This document shows, one piece after another, positions 11,706-26,178 of a DNA stretch of 64,000 bases. The stretch's first letter is position 1. Every line of letters begins with the position of its first letter. The position numbers and the translations under genes were made by a program. Source of the DNA: Rhizophagus irregularis (lineage: Eukaryota); contig NC_089436.1 in the NCBI RefSeq assembly GCF_026210795.1, positions 372,001 through 436,000 of the forward strand, given 5' to 3'. Under the pieces are notes generated by a model that made no database searches, was not told where the DNA came from, and saw only the letters and a program-made list of their open reading frames with translations.

Positions 11706-13859
11706 GTCAAGTATGAGCTTTATGAGCGAGGGTAGGAATCAACTTTTTATGTTGTACACTAGGGTGAAATCAAGAATCAAGTTGGGCACATTAATTGATA
11801 ATTTTTTTAGTAAATGTATACATTTTAAAAAAAATGACAGTGATACAAATCATCTAAAGAGGGGATTTCTTTAAAAGAAAGTTGCCTGGTAGACCATATA
11901 ATAAAATTATATAACAATTTTTTTCGGTCCTATTTTATTGAATCAATCAGTGGTTTTATTATTCCTAAATAACGAAACATTGTTATGTAGTTCATTATCA
12001 TTAATTCAGGATTTAAAAAGTTTCATATAGATTATATAGATTTTATAGATTTTATAGATTATATAGATTTTATAGATTTTATAGATTTTATAAATTTTAT
12101 AAATTTTGCTTTATGTAAGAATTCTTTAACTATCCCAAATACCATTAATTAATTTCGTTTCTTTGATAAGCATGTGATATTAAAGGAATAATTTGAGACA
12201 AAGAGATTTAAATATTTTTTTACAAGAAAATTTACTATAGTATTGACCGTAATACTCGTAACTGAAAATTTTATATTTGAAATGCAATTACTAAGATCTT
12301 AATAATGTTTGAAGTTTGCTTAATCGAAAAAAAAAAAAATAATTAAAATCAAATTATTTATTATAAACTATTTTATTAGATTCACATATACAAATTTAAA
12401 GTAATTTGAATGATTTTATAATTTATATTGTATAAGCTAAGACATTATTGTCAATTTTTTTTTTTATTAGAAGGGGAGCGGTAAAACAACTTATTCAAAC
12501 AAGTTTTAGATAGATCAGGTGATTTATTTACATGTTGATCCTTTTTTGGATATGAACGAGTAAAAAAAGGAGAGGAAGATCATAGTATTTCGATAACACG
12601 TGACTGTAATTACAATATCTCTAATTGTTGTGTTTTAAAAAATATAAAACTAAAAATTTTTGCATTATTGCTACAGGAATTTATTACGTTTTAAGCAGTA
12701 ATCATATAGAATATTTATTATATTGTATTGTTAAAACATTGCAAGTGTTTTATATGATATAATATCTTAATTAAATTACAGCCATAAAAAAACATATAAT
12801 ACAATTACTTAATTATCAAGAATATGAAAAAAAATAAAAATTTAAAAAATAAAAAAAAACATTCTGTAAAATAAATAATCTAAATGGTATGATGGACAGG
12901 AACTGTTTAAACTTCCCAAATCTCAAATCGAGATCATTTGACATATTCGACATAAAAAGTAGTTCGGAAAGTTGAATTAGGGAAGAGATTGGTTAATATG
13001 ATTGTAAAAATGTTTTCTTTTTGGCATAATTATAAATTTTATTTCTTTTAAAAAATTCTCTGAATATTTTAAAAAACTACAGTATCTTATTAATGAAATC
13101 AGTTTAATCAATATAATCGTTCTTTCGCAAAAAAATCTTTGATTCATTGATATCAATTACATCATTAATTATACCTTTAATAAAGCCATTGAAGCGCAAA
13201 TGTCAAGAAATCTTTTAGAATATCTTACGAAAACTCTTATTATCCAATTATAAATTGATTACAGTATTGATTTTTAAATACGTTCCACAGCTGTAGGTTT
13301 GAACTTTGAATATTAACATATATAATAATGATTAACTTAAATAAATAAATAAATAATATAAAATAAGTAAGATAAAATAAGATAAAATAGTTTTACCACA
13401 AGAAAAAAAATAAGATTAAATAAATAAAACAAACAAAATAATAAAATTCAATAAAGTAAAATGAAATATTTTTTCTGTAAATATGAATAAGATAACGAGT
13501 TTTATTAAGCTTTATTAATTTGATCAAAATTTTTTGGCGAATATTCAGAGTGGTACGGATCAACTGATTCTTTCCCCAGAATTTTTACCACGTGATACAC
13601 TCTTTGCGTTTCTCATTTTCATAAGTATTCTAGGAACTTTGGTATTTACAAGGTGTGAAATCATATTTGTCACTCAGTCCCGAGTACTGTATTCCTTTTA
13701 TCACATTTTAACAAGCTACGGTCATAAAGTTTGTTCTAGACTTCTAAAAGGATTACATAAAATGTAAAGAACAATAGGATCATCGAATGCATATTTAAAT
13801 AACAATTTTTTCAGGTAATGAAATTCTATAAAAGGAATTATAATTTTTGTAACAAATAA

Positions 13860-14317
13860 AAGATCAGGTTCCAAATGATAAATTATTCGGATTACTAATA
13901 ATTTTTTTTTATAAATAAAGTTATAAAATTATTAAGAATTAGATATATCAGAGCTGGTTGTTGCATTAACATTGAATAAGTTTAACTTAGATGTTAGTGA
14001 TATTATATTTTTTTATTAAAAGATAAGAATATAAAGAAAAATTCAGTGAGATTGGAATTTTTAGCTAAAATGAATAGCAAGAGTAAGTTTAGAGCTGCCG
14101 ATTCAATGAATATATTTTACACAGTAGTAATCTTAATGTTGTTGAAGAATTTTTAAATGAATGGTTTCCTGCTGAATCTAGGATGGGATTCATTAAAGGA
14201 AATAATTATATCGTTCTTGAACTTATTGGTGGAATTCTGTGGGCTATATTTATATCAATTAGTTTTGTTTTAAAAAGAATTATTCCTTCTTTTATTCAAA
14301 AACTAAAAAATGAATAA
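13860..14317 (+). pseudogene. Decayed coding remnant ending in a C-terminal transmembrane helix
   Basis: Open stretch LHSSNLNVVEEFLNEWFPAESRMGFIKGNNYIVLELIGGILWAIFISISFVLKRIIPSFIQKLKNE*; upstream (LEFLAKMNSK) is broken by frameshifts. Family not identified. Confidence 0.35.
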
Positions 14318-16145
14318 TTTATAAAATCTTAAAATGCTAAAGTTTTTTTGTACACATATCAGTACACATATTTATGTTTTTTTTTTTTCATAGAAAAATT
14401 TGTTATTTCTTTATTTTTAATAAATTTGATTATTAAATAAAAACGTTAAATATTTATAAAATTAACCCACTTAAATCTGAATTTTGATATATTATCTTGA
14501 TTATCGTCATTTTCGAAATAGTAATTTAACTTTAGTACGTATCACATGACGATCTATTTAATTGATCAACGAAGTACACCAAAATTTTTGGGACTCACTC
14601 AATTAGCCAATATGTAATAAATACAACAGCAACGCGGGAATTAACTTTTAATATACAATTTAATATTTATGATAAATTTAATGACGCAGCGATACATTTT
14701 TTTTAGAGAGATTTTTTATTATAACGCTTCGGACACTCCAACAGTTCCCGTTCCTAAAGTATTTGTCTGTAATGCAATGACTGAAAATTCGTGGTGGTAA
14801 ATACGTTTCACGAAATTACTTGCAGCCTGCTTTCAGAAGCGTATGTCTGTGACAGTCTGTCCTATCTATCCCCCTACCTATTTTGCGTTGAAATTTTATT
14901 TTAATCATGATATTTTAGTAAAATTTTAAACGTTTTATTATTAATTTATTATTAGTTTTTTTTAACATAATTTTTTTTATCTTGTAACTGGTTAATAAAA
15001 GGGATGTTATATAATGGAATTCTGTTTGATGCTGCGCTTGAAAAGATTTTAATCACAAAAATAAATAAATGGAGATTTTTCCTAAAATAAAAAAAAAATA
15101 AATATTGATAATCACTTGATAAAATAATTTTGAACAGGCGGCCGGTTAAAAATTTGATTATTTTAGCTTAGAGGTTTTGATTTGCCGCTTGTGCAACTCA
15201 AGTCTCGAGTCAACTCAAGTTTGTGACACGACTTGAATCCAAGATCTATTTTGGCTATTTTAATAAATTTGAAATTGGAAATCTATCCCTTGAAGTAATA
15301 CCTTATAAAATATTACTTAAAACAAAAATAAATATACTTTTAATTTTTGATCTATGAAATGGTTTTTCTCGAAAAAACTTTTAATAGAATAGATGATAAT
15401 CAATAAATTACAAATATATGTGAAAATATTTTTAAATCTATAATTTTTTTTATATATTAAACTTAGAAATAATTAAATTTTATATTTGTAGCTGTAGAAA
15501 TAGGGGAAAAAAATCAAGTAAAGAAAGAAAATTTTTAATAGATTATTATAAAATTTGTTTATTAATATTATGTGGTCTTTTTTATGAAATTTATCTTACA
15601 CTTTTTTTAGATCTTGGACGCTATTTAACTAAAATTTAATATAAGAACTTACGCTTAGGTGAAAAATATAATTAAATTTTAAATTATTTGAATCCTTTAT
15701 CAACTTGTTTCATTTCTGCTTTTATACATTCATGATAATTTTTTTAAAAAATAATAAAATTTTATATAAAAAAATAATCAATATCGATTTTTTCAACCAA
15801 TATTTTGAATTTAATGAATTATTATTACGAGGGTTGTTACACAAACAGCAAATACTTGCTTTTAATGGAAAAAAATGGAGTTACGATATTATAGTAACTT
15901 GTATCACGCGACAATTTACAATTAAGTTGATCACTGCATTTATAGAATTCTTTTATTCTTTCATGGAATTCTAGTCGGAGTTCATTCAAAATCTTTCCAT
16001 AATGAACTTCTAGATTAATTGTTTACTATAATTCTTTAGGATTTAAACTCCTTACTTTAAATATATATACTAGAAGGTTTTCTTGAACGCTACAAATAAA
16101 TTATATATCTTTGAAATAACGAAACAATTAATATAAATATCGTTT

Positions 16146-18012
16146 ATGATGTCAGACAATATGTCCTTAAGTTGGCTAGATATAGTTGGTAAAAGAGGGA
16201 TAATATGTAAAGAATGTAATATAAGAAACATTATTGACGAAAATCATGAAACTTGTAAACTATGTTATGAAATATCCAAACTTAATTTAAGTGGGAACAA
16301 AGTCATTGATGACATTATCAGAAATACACGAGTTAATTTTGTTAAAAGTTCAATTTGTAGGATATTAGAGTTTGTTCCCTATGATCAATTCAAAAATATA
16401 GAATTTATTGCCGAAGGAGGATTTAGTAAAATTTATAAAGCTATTTGGGTTGATGGTCCAATTGATACGCTTAACTCTACTGATAACATTGTTCGTGAGA
16501 AGAATTATACAGTTGTTCTCAAAAAACTTAATAATTCTAAAAACATTACATCCAAGGAACTGAACGAGGTACAGCGCATTCAATTTTTAATTTTTGATGA
16601 CGATAAATTAATATTTTTTTCATTTTATAGTTTAAGGTATATTATCAGATTTTTTCAAGTAATTATACAACTTATGGCATTAGTGAATGTTTTGGGATTA
16701 CTCAAGATCCTATTACTAAAGATATGATGATTATTATGCCATATTATAGTTCAGGTGATTTGATACATTATTTAAGTAATAACTTTTATAAAACTAATTG
16801 GCGGATAAAACTGTGTGAATTATTTTTTGTAATAAATGGACTTCAAGAAATACACAAAGCAAAAATTATCCACAGGGATTTACATAGTGGAAATATCTTT
16901 TTTGGGGGAAATTTTGCGTACATGGGTGATCTGGGAATAAGCAGATCTGCAACTGAATCAAATAATGATAATGAGAAATATGGTATTATACCTTACATGG
17001 CACCAGAGATTTTTCAAGGACAAAAATATAGTGAAGCTTCAGATATATATAGTTTTGGAATGATTATGTGGGAATTTATGACAGGTAGAAGACCTTTTTG
17101 GGATGAAATTCATGATATAGAACTTATAATCAAAATATGTGATGGTTTACGACCACCAATTGTTACAAATGCACCTGAAGGATATATTGAATTAATGAAG
17201 GAATGCTGGCATTCTGATCCAGCAAAAAGACCAACAACTATAGATGTGTATTTGAAAATTAATAAAGTGTATTATAATGAACGTGATATAAATCAAACTA
17301 AAATTATTAAATCATCAGATATTGGACCTGTAACAATAACTAGTCCAGGTGCCATTTATAAGAGTAGACCATTAAGTCGCATGATTAAATCTGCGATGTC
17401 TTTAAGGAGTTCAAGGAGTCAATCTATCGGTAACAAATTTTATTAATTACAACGCATTTTTATTGCAAGAACAATTTTAACAATTTTTTATTTTTAGATC
17501 CATTTTATTATTATCAGAAAAATACTGGTAATTATTCATTTTTTGTTTAACGGTTTTTTTATGTTCTTACTTATAATTAATATTATTTTAAAGATAAAAG
17601 AAAGTTTGAAGATGATTCGGTTGAAGACAATAATGACAATGGTACGGTAATTAATTTAATAAATTATTATTTTTCATTATACTATCTACTATTTAATTCA
17701 CTTTCATAATTATTTAGAACAAAGTATTAAAAGAAGAAAATTTCTTGAATTTGAAAATAGTGGTAAATAAATTAGATTTTAACAATCAACATATTTAGTT
17801 TCATAATTTAATTGATTTTTATGATTTTAACAGATTACTTTACAAAAGAAATTGAATTAGATATTAATATGAGCTCTAATCAATCTCGTGATAAAGGTAA
17901 GCAAATATACATTTATAAGTATAAATCAACATTATAAAATTTTTATCTAATTTTGTTTTCAATATAAGGATACGTCTCCAAAGAAATTGATCTTGATATC
18001 AATGTTCTTTAA
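16146..18012 (+). CDS. TKL-family protein kinase, 7 exons
   Basis: Exons 16146-16568, 16631-17429, 17498-17527, 17594-17641, 17718-17762, 17834-17896, 17969-18012 are all GT-AG bounded and splice in frame. Motifs AEGGFS, VVLK, HRDLHSGN, DLG, YMAPE, DIYSFG are intact. Confidence 0.9.
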
Positions 18013-18929
18013 ATTATAATGTTTAAACCCAATTTTTTTTACTTATTATGCAGTACTATAAATGGCTGGATTATGTAATATTACAAATTTGTAGTTAGAG
18101 TATATTAAATAAATGAATTATATAGTTTGGAATTTCTGGAATATGAAACTGAAAATTATATTTTGTATCGTCTAACTAAAAAGCTTTAATTGCGAAAAGT
18201 TTATCGATTAAAAATGGTATTTTATTGTCTACATAAAAAACTGTAATTTGATTAATTAGTAACTACGTAAAAGTTATTGTCGCTTTATAAAAAAAAAGTC
18301 TAATTTTCTTTTCTTTTGACACGCGTTCGAGTTAACCAAAAATCAGAAAGTGAAACAAATGATATGACAGTTATATATATGACGATAATGTATTTTCATC
18401 CCATGATGGGAAAATTTGGTATGAAATGTTTCAATAAGGGTACTTAAAATGTAATCCTATTTGAATCAACTTGTATGGATTTTGACAGCAGGAATACTGT
18501 ATTAGTCCATATGCCATTGGAGCATATGAATCCAATTCGGCGACGCTATCATGTTTCTTCTGTGTTTGTGATTTGTAAAATCTTCATTTCATGGAATCTA
18601 ATTTTTATCAGCCTTATGAAGTTATTACTCTCAACCGTTTATCGAACATTCATTTTCGTATGCAGTAATCGTGGATTCATTCCTTTTGGTGATTTTTTTT
18701 TTAAAAATTTATTTGTTATACAGAATTTTGTAAACAAACATGTTACGTATATAAAAATTATAAAATCGGATTTTTTAATAAAGTGTTTCATGATAATTCC
18801 TATTTCCTAAGCGCATGATTATAAATTCAAGAATATTCCAATACATACCATAAAATTTTTTTTTTTAACGAAGTCATTTATTAGGATTAAGAAAATTACA
18901 AAAAAGGAAATGATCTACATTATATAATA

Positions 18930-19061
18930 GGGGGTCTTCAGAAAAAACGTGATTGAGATTGAGATTTCATATAGAATTTTCAATCTTAATATGTTAGTAA
19001 GATTGAAATTCTATACTAAATTTCAATCTCAATCTCAATCACGTTTTTTGTGAAGACCCCC
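18930..19061. mobile_element. 132-bp palindromic MITE with GGGGGTCTTCA termini
   Basis: GGGGGTCTTCAGAAAAAACGTGATTGAGATTGAGATT is mirrored by AATCTCAATCTCAATCACGTTTTTTGTGAAGACCCCC. ATAATA lies on both sides (18924-18929, 19062-19067), a candidate TSD. Confidence 0.85.
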
Positions 19062-20647
19062 ATAATATTAAATAAAGAACACGATTCAAACTGTTTACTT
19101 TTTACTTTAATAAATTGACTTACAATCTTAGCACAAAAAAAAAAAAAAATTATGCTTTAAGTAAGTAAATTAAAAATATTATTTAAATTTTATAAAATAT
19201 CTTTCTCTTTTTACTAACCGTATATGACATTATGACAACCATGATAATAATATTTTTAATAGAAGCACATAGTTTATGTGTGAAATTAGGATAAATTAAT
19301 TATATTATATATATTTTTTTATATATGAGAAGGAGTGACTTTTCTCCAAAATCTTAATAATATAAGTATTTGAATACATATGGTAAAATCCTAAATACTG
19401 GATTTATTTAATTATTTAAAGCATTTAAGCTACAAATTTCTTAAATTTCAGAATTTTAAATAAGTAATCTTTTTGTTGACTTTAAGGATGTAAATAAATA
19501 TGTACAAAATACATTTCATAATTTGTATATGATTTTGTTTAACAAGTTATTGGGTTGAACACTGTATTATAAATGATATTAATGTTACAATTTAAAAATT
19601 TATAATTGCACAATAACTTTTAATGGCATTGAAGTTTGCCCAAATTATATTCTTTTTCATTAAAAAAATAAATAAAAGCTTCATTTTTTTTTTGACTATC
19701 TATAAATATGTAGAATAAGTAGTATTAAAATGTTCGTTCTGGCTCACCCATAAACTGTCCCAGTAAAAAATCTCAGGAACTGCCAATTTTCCAAACTGGT
19801 CAAATTTTTGATAGGAAAAATGCTACACCCTATAAACCATCTAAAACTCCTCACCAGCCCTCAAGAAGCCTGCTAGCAAAGAATCCCTAGAAATCACCAA
19901 ATCACCAAACTGCCCGATTTATCGATAGCAAAGGAAAATCTCAATTTTTCATGTACAGAAATCCCTCTATACCATACAGAAAAGCGAAAAAATTTTAAAA
20001 TAATCTTGACGGCTAAAATTTCATTCATGGGATTTTCAGACCAATATTACAAGACCATTAACATCCGTAGGGATTCTATAAATTACTATAGAATTCTTAG
20101 AGATCCAGTATTTTATGGATTCCTTAAAAATTCCTTAATAAAATCTTAAGAATCTCTTAGGATTCTATAAATTATAGGATTTTTAAAGATTCCTAATAAA
20201 AAACTGTAAGGATTTTAAAGTTTCGTGTAAAATGATATACAAATCTGCGTCTACACCAAAAATTTACTGATGTTATCTGTGTAGATGAGAGTGTAGATAC
20301 GATTGGAATAATTCATTACAGAAATCTGAATTTATAAAGAGTTTGTGAAAATCTTGTAGTCAAATAGTCAAATAATAGTGCGAACTCGCATTATATAGCA
20401 TAGAAAGTGTTACATGCTGCTTTAAAATTTTTGATGACTAATAAAGTTTCCTTGTATGACATCAGAAAATAAAAAAATATACATCATGTATGGCAACATC
20501 GTTTTTTTAAAGATTTGTAATTTTTATGTTATAAATTGCATCATAAATTAGCGTAAAAAATTTTTTTTAAAGATAAATCATTTTATTAATAAATTTTGTG
20601 CATTCAATTACACGAAATGGGAAAAAGCTATAATATTTGAAACATTC

Positions 20648-22910
20648 TTAAATCTCGAACTGAAAATTTTCCAAGATGTTACGAGAAATTTTAGTTTTTT
20701 TATAACAATCTTCTAGATCACTAAATGGTCTTTCAGACATCAAAAGATTGGTACGTACTTTACTTATCCCTGTGATGTTATCTCAGAAAAATTAGCCTCA
20801 TTTGCATTTAATTGATCACCGTGCACTAACAGGAAGGCTCTTTCATTTACATCAGAAGACCCACAAGTAACAAGTACAAAAACATCACCCTCATCAGTTG
20901 CTTTTTCATGCTCATCATCATATATTTTTTGGCTCACTTTTTCTGAATTCAGGAATTTATACTGATGGGACTCAATATAGAGTTTGTGAAGAAAATCGGG
21001 ATATATGAATCTCCTGCTGAAGGTGCACCCGACCCATTGATGATGCAAGCAGATGCATCCTCAAGATGAAGTTTAATTTGATTGCCTCCTTTCATACAAG
21101 ATACCGATTTATTGATAGAATAAGCGCTTGATTTGGTACTTTCTCTATGGATAACCTGCTCTAATGATAATGGTTTATTTATAATGGCCTCTTCACCAAA
21201 GTTATGTTTAGCACCAGCATAAATATCTTTTAGTTTTATCTGTTGATCCTTTCCAAATATTTTTGACTTGATAACACGAAAAGAGGCAACAAAATGTTCA
21301 AAATGCATCCAATATGGGCAACCAGGAGGAATATATGGGTCTTCTTTGTGTTGAAGTTCATTATAATACTTAAAATTCCAATGATGTAGGACATTATCAT
21401 CTGATGCATTTGCCATTAACCACAACCAGATATAGGGACACGTTAAAGCTCCTATATCGCTCGATTCATCTTCTTTCACAAATTTGATCAGCCCTAGTTT
21501 TGAAAGTTCTTCCAGGAGAATATCGGTGCCAGGAATATGTTGTCTTGCTGCCAAAGAAGTGTGTGTCAGAATAGCCCGAAGGATAGGTGTTATATAACTA
21601 GTTATATAAATCCATTCAATATAGTAATTTTTAAGTTGATGATATACCTTTTCTGCAATTGAAAGAAAGTTGATATTTTCAAAATAAAATATTTACAGCA
21701 AATTCAAAGTGCCTCCAAAGCTCTACCATTCTCACTCATATCATCTATTAACATCCTGAAAAGAGGTAGTGTGTCCTTAAAGACATTTCCCGAAGAAAAA
21801 CTCAGCATCAATGAGAATCAGAAATCATTTCATTAAATGGACGTAAGAAAGTGGCTGTGCAACACGCAATAATTCAAGGGTGATTATTGTTCATAACAAC
21901 AGTATATTATTCCATAAAAAAGAATAAAATGCTAAATTTTATCCCTGCCATTATTATCATTGATTAGAGCATTTTGCATTCTATCAATAATAAGGATCAC
22001 GGTCATATCCTTAAATGACATTCTTTTATATTTAGCACATTTTAAGAATTTCTGTAATTGTGAAGCTTGGCATAAGATCACGAACTTCATTCCAGATAAG
22101 GTTGCTATCCTGACACATCCGTTTAGCAATCGCAACATTTACATTGGGTTCATATCTCATATTCATTTTTGTACCATTTTCCAAGGTGATTGAAATATAA
22201 TTGCGTCTTTCAAACGAGGTCCCAAATCTAAATCATCTGCAAATTTTCGCGGAGTATTCTAGGAATCTCTGTTGCATTCAAGATTTTCCACATCCGGCAT
22301 CAGACGACATAAAAAAATTGGTGTGGTTGTTTTATCACATAAATCACTTTTGTACGAAGTATGTAGAAAACGAACATTCTCTACTAGTATCATTTCAAAC
22401 TCAGACGACTCTTGATAATTCCAATCAAGTCCACCAGTATTTAAAAGTCGTGTAGAAAGCCGGATTATATTAAAAATTACATCGTCGTAATCAATGAGCC
22501 TTGGCCTTTTTATTGGATAATCTAGAAATATAGAAACAAGACAACCACAAATTTCTTGTTCTTATTCTATTGGATTTGGGAGACACCTACCAGCAGCGGG
22601 CGCTTATGCAATGATGTGAATGTTCTCATCTACAAGTAGACTCAAAAAAATACTCTTAAACAAGAATATGGGTATCAACTTCACGCCTCCAAGCTTTTTT
22701 TTAATATATCATTAAGCTTGTCTTTATCATCATAAGTGATGTCAACCTTCCAAAGCGTCATAAAGTCAGGATCATTGATTCCTAATGTATCTTTTTTCTT
22801 ATTCCAAATAAGGAACTTGGGGTCAGAAATCTTAAATCTTTAATATTGACATTAATAGCATTCTTATCAGCAATGTTAACCGCAAAAGTATCATCAAAAG
22901 AAGTGTTTTT
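20648..22910 (-). pseudogene. Crinkler (CRN)-type pseudogene: CRN-N + NTPase + nuclease + HhH remnants
   Basis: Fragments in order, separated by frameshifts and stops: FAVNIADKN, LGINDPDFMTLWKVDIT, ENIHII, DAGCGKS (Walker A), TVILIID (Walker B), NGRALEAL, CPYIWLWL, FEHFVASFR, INGSGAPSAGDS, ESHQYK, LNANEANFSEI..ERPFSDLEDC. Confidence 0.8.
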
Positions 22911-23599
22911 TAGAGATAGAGAAGTATTGAGAAAGTTTGAGGATATATATGTATACTTGTAAAAACCTTTCTGAATCAGTGACTTGTAATAACAATATAG
23001 GTACTTCGGATTTATCAGACCTTACAAGATGCTTCAGATTTAGAAAAATGATTAATAGTATTCATCGTATTTATTAAAAAAAAGTGAATTACTGTTACGC
23101 AATTTTTCAGTCATACGGTTGACTGTATTTAACTAAGTGTAGGAAGGGATAATATCACACACTAAACTAGTTTCAAACTTCTTGCACATTAATCACAATA
23201 CGCTTCTAGCTTCTGCGGGAGATAATATAACTGTTTTTTATAAAGTATTTTCTAGGACTATAGTAAGAGAATAATGGAAAGTTTCATTCCTGAAGAAAAA
23301 TTATTTTTGGGAGAACTTTCTGCTTTAAGATTTCAGCAATTACATAATCAGTTCCATCCTTAGTTAGATCCTCTTTCAATCACATATTTCAATGAGAAGG
23401 CGGGATTTATACATAAAAATCACATGCATATTCTGTTTCAGAGCGTGATCACTTTTGCTAAAAGAAAAAAACAAAAAAATATAATCATTAAGTTGATTGC
23501 TAACACCAATGCTCAGTAATTATGTAGATTACCCAGATTACGCAAATTATAACATTTACGAAGTGAAATAAAACATATCATTTTTTTGCTGGCACTTTA

Positions 23600-24420
23600 T
23601 TTTTTACTAGGAGTGTTGTCTGAAATCGAAATCCAATTGGATACACAATCACGACCATTATCAGCAATTGCATCTTCTTCGCATAGTTTTGCTTTTACAG
23701 ATTTACATTCTTTGAGCAACTTCTCTAGATAAAAGCCAACATTTGCAATTTTTATAAGCAACCACCGCTCTGTATATGAAATAGGAATCTTGCATTTGAA
23801 GATCTCGTATATTCTATAGGTTTTAATCCTAACAATATCCGTAAGATAAATAGATATAAAATATTCTATTATATAAAAGTTAAATGAGTTCTATTAAACT
23901 AACTATTCTTGCCGTAAACACCTACTATATCTGTGAATACTAATAGACTTAAATTTTTTTGCAGTAATATATACTCGCATCATTTTTATCTCCTCTATTA
24001 ATTGGCAAAAACAACAAGCCATCTATCAATGCTAGAAAGATGGTTTTGATACCATTCAAACCGTCTCGACGAGATGATTCCAACGAGCTATTGATCATCT
24101 TTCTACGATCACTGGATGGCGAGTTATTGCGCAAAACTGATACTACTAGCTGGTCTTTGGTCTACATCCGATCTTTGTGAGCTTCATTGATGATTTCACC
24201 GCTAAAAACAGGAATATCATTAATTTATATTGAAAACATGAAAGAAAAATATTACAAAACTTACTAGGAAGCTTTAGATACTAATTCTCCAAAGAACATC
24301 GAAAACAAGTCAAGAATTCGATAAAGGTTTAAATGGATCAACCAATATATATATGTTACGCTTCCTCATTTCATCGAAAAGTAACCTGTATAATAGATGT
24401 CCATTTGCTGTAAATAAAAT
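23600..24420 (-). pseudogene. Decayed multi-exon coding remnant, family unknown
   Basis: Higher-GC blocks translate as LRNNSPSSDRRKMINSSLESSRRDGLNG and CKIPISYTERWLLIKIANVGFYLEKLLKECKSVKAKL; they are interrupted by stops and intron-like AT-rich gaps. Confidence 0.3.
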
Positions 24421-25837
24421 GAAAGAAATGTTATCTACTGACATTCCATATACCTCAGTTTTGTTTCTAATTCTGATTATTCTTGTTCAACTTCATTGAT
24501 CACTTCGTACTAAGCATATTTATGAAGCGTATTAGTGTAACTAAAGTAACATCGAAAATCATTCATGGTTTCGCCTTCTTCGTTGTCATCATCTTTTTTT
24601 TGGAAGAGTTGTAGTTGAATTGTTATGCTTCATGAACTCGAGTTGTTTCGTGTTTGCCGTTCTCTTCTCCTTGTTGGAGGCTTTTAATTGAGTATAAGAG
24701 TGCCGAAACTAAATGTGGTTTTATATATAATGTGAATGTGGTCGAGTACTAACACAAAGAGGAGATCAACATACCATTGCTAATTTCTCTTTTCTCTTCA
24801 TTTTTCGTCTTATTCGTTCCATCTTAACTCTTTTATGCTCATAGTTATTTATGATTTCATTGATTTGAAATTATACTTTGCGTTCGCATTTGTATTGCAT
24901 GTATTACGTAATTACCATGCCTCATAAAAACATATTTAAAAGGTACGAGTCCAATTTTTAATCATACATGGCTCTAAACCAGACTGCGCTACCATAATTA
25001 CAAGCTTCAGAAGAGCTGGGTCTGTTGTCAACGGTTGTTATTTTGTTTCAAGCAAGAATGTTTTTCCGATATAGTTGCGCCTCCTAACAAATATTATTTG
25101 ACTCAGGTAATTTGTTTTTTTTCGAATAAATATGTTATAATGAAACACTAATATTAATCCAAGTGATGTTCATTCGATTTAGTTAACCAAAGAGTGCTCC
25201 TGTCAGATATTGTCCGACTCCAGTGGTTTGCTTTGATTCGAATAAATATGTTGTAACGAAAATACTAACATTAATCTTATTTCAAGTATATGTTCGTTCG
25301 ACAATTCGACCTACTGTAGTTGACCAAAGAGTGTCTGGTAATTTGTTTTTATTCGAATAAATATGTTGCAATGAAAATACAAACAATAGACGAGTTTTAA
25401 TTAGATACTCATTTTAGTTGACCAAAGGGCGGCCTCCTGACAGATATTACCTGGTTCAGGAGTAGCCCAAGCGATAGTGAAGGACGACTCCTGATGGGTA
25501 TTACCTGAGTCCAGATTGTGGAATATTATCCTAGTTCTCACTATTTGCGAAATGGTCAATTAAGCGAATCTTATAACGAAAATATTGATAATAATCTTGT
25601 TTCAAGCAGGATGTTGAAGAATGTAGTAGATGAGCATAAAAATGCAAGCGAAAAAATTGTCAGACATTTTCATGCACGTTATGCAATGCAAGTTCACGAC
25701 TAAACCATCACTATAGGATCGCGTAAAAAGAACCTTTCACCCACATTTTTCCTACGACTTGCTTTTTATTGAAGAGATTCAGAATGATTTCGGACTATCG
25801 TTGAAAATGCTTAACAGAAAGATACGAAAGCTGGCAG

Positions 25838-26178
25838 CCCTATGAAAAAAAATTTCTTTAAAATATACTTAAAATGTACTTAAATATTTTAAAATATATC
25901 TAAAATGTACTTAAAATTTTTAAATGTACTTATAATATACTTAAAATTGCAATTTTAAGTATATTTAAAGTATAAAATTTTATACTTAAATTACATTTAA
26001 AATATACTTAATTGCAATTTAAATATAATTTAAGTATAATTTAAGTGCAAAATTTTATACTTAAAATGTTAAGTATATTTTAGGTATATTTTAAAATATA
26101 TAAGTATATTTTAAGTATATTTTAAAAAAATACATAAGTATATTTTAAGTACATTTTAAAGAATTTTTTTTTATAGGG
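25838..26178. mobile_element. 341-bp fold-back MITE, CCC...GGG termini, 3-bp TSD CAG
   Basis: CAG|CCCTATGAAAAAAAATTTCTTTAAAAT...ATTTTAAAGAATTTTTTTTTATAGGG|CAG. Left half has TA(T/G)TACTTAAAA-like repeats and right half their complement. Confidence 0.85.

Noticed and set aside
12025..12110. AGATTTTAT simple repeat (also GGATTCT-like repeats at ~20070-20220 and a ~31-bp triple repeat at ~48095-48195)
   Set aside because: Low-complexity tandem repeats with no termini, TSD or coding signal.
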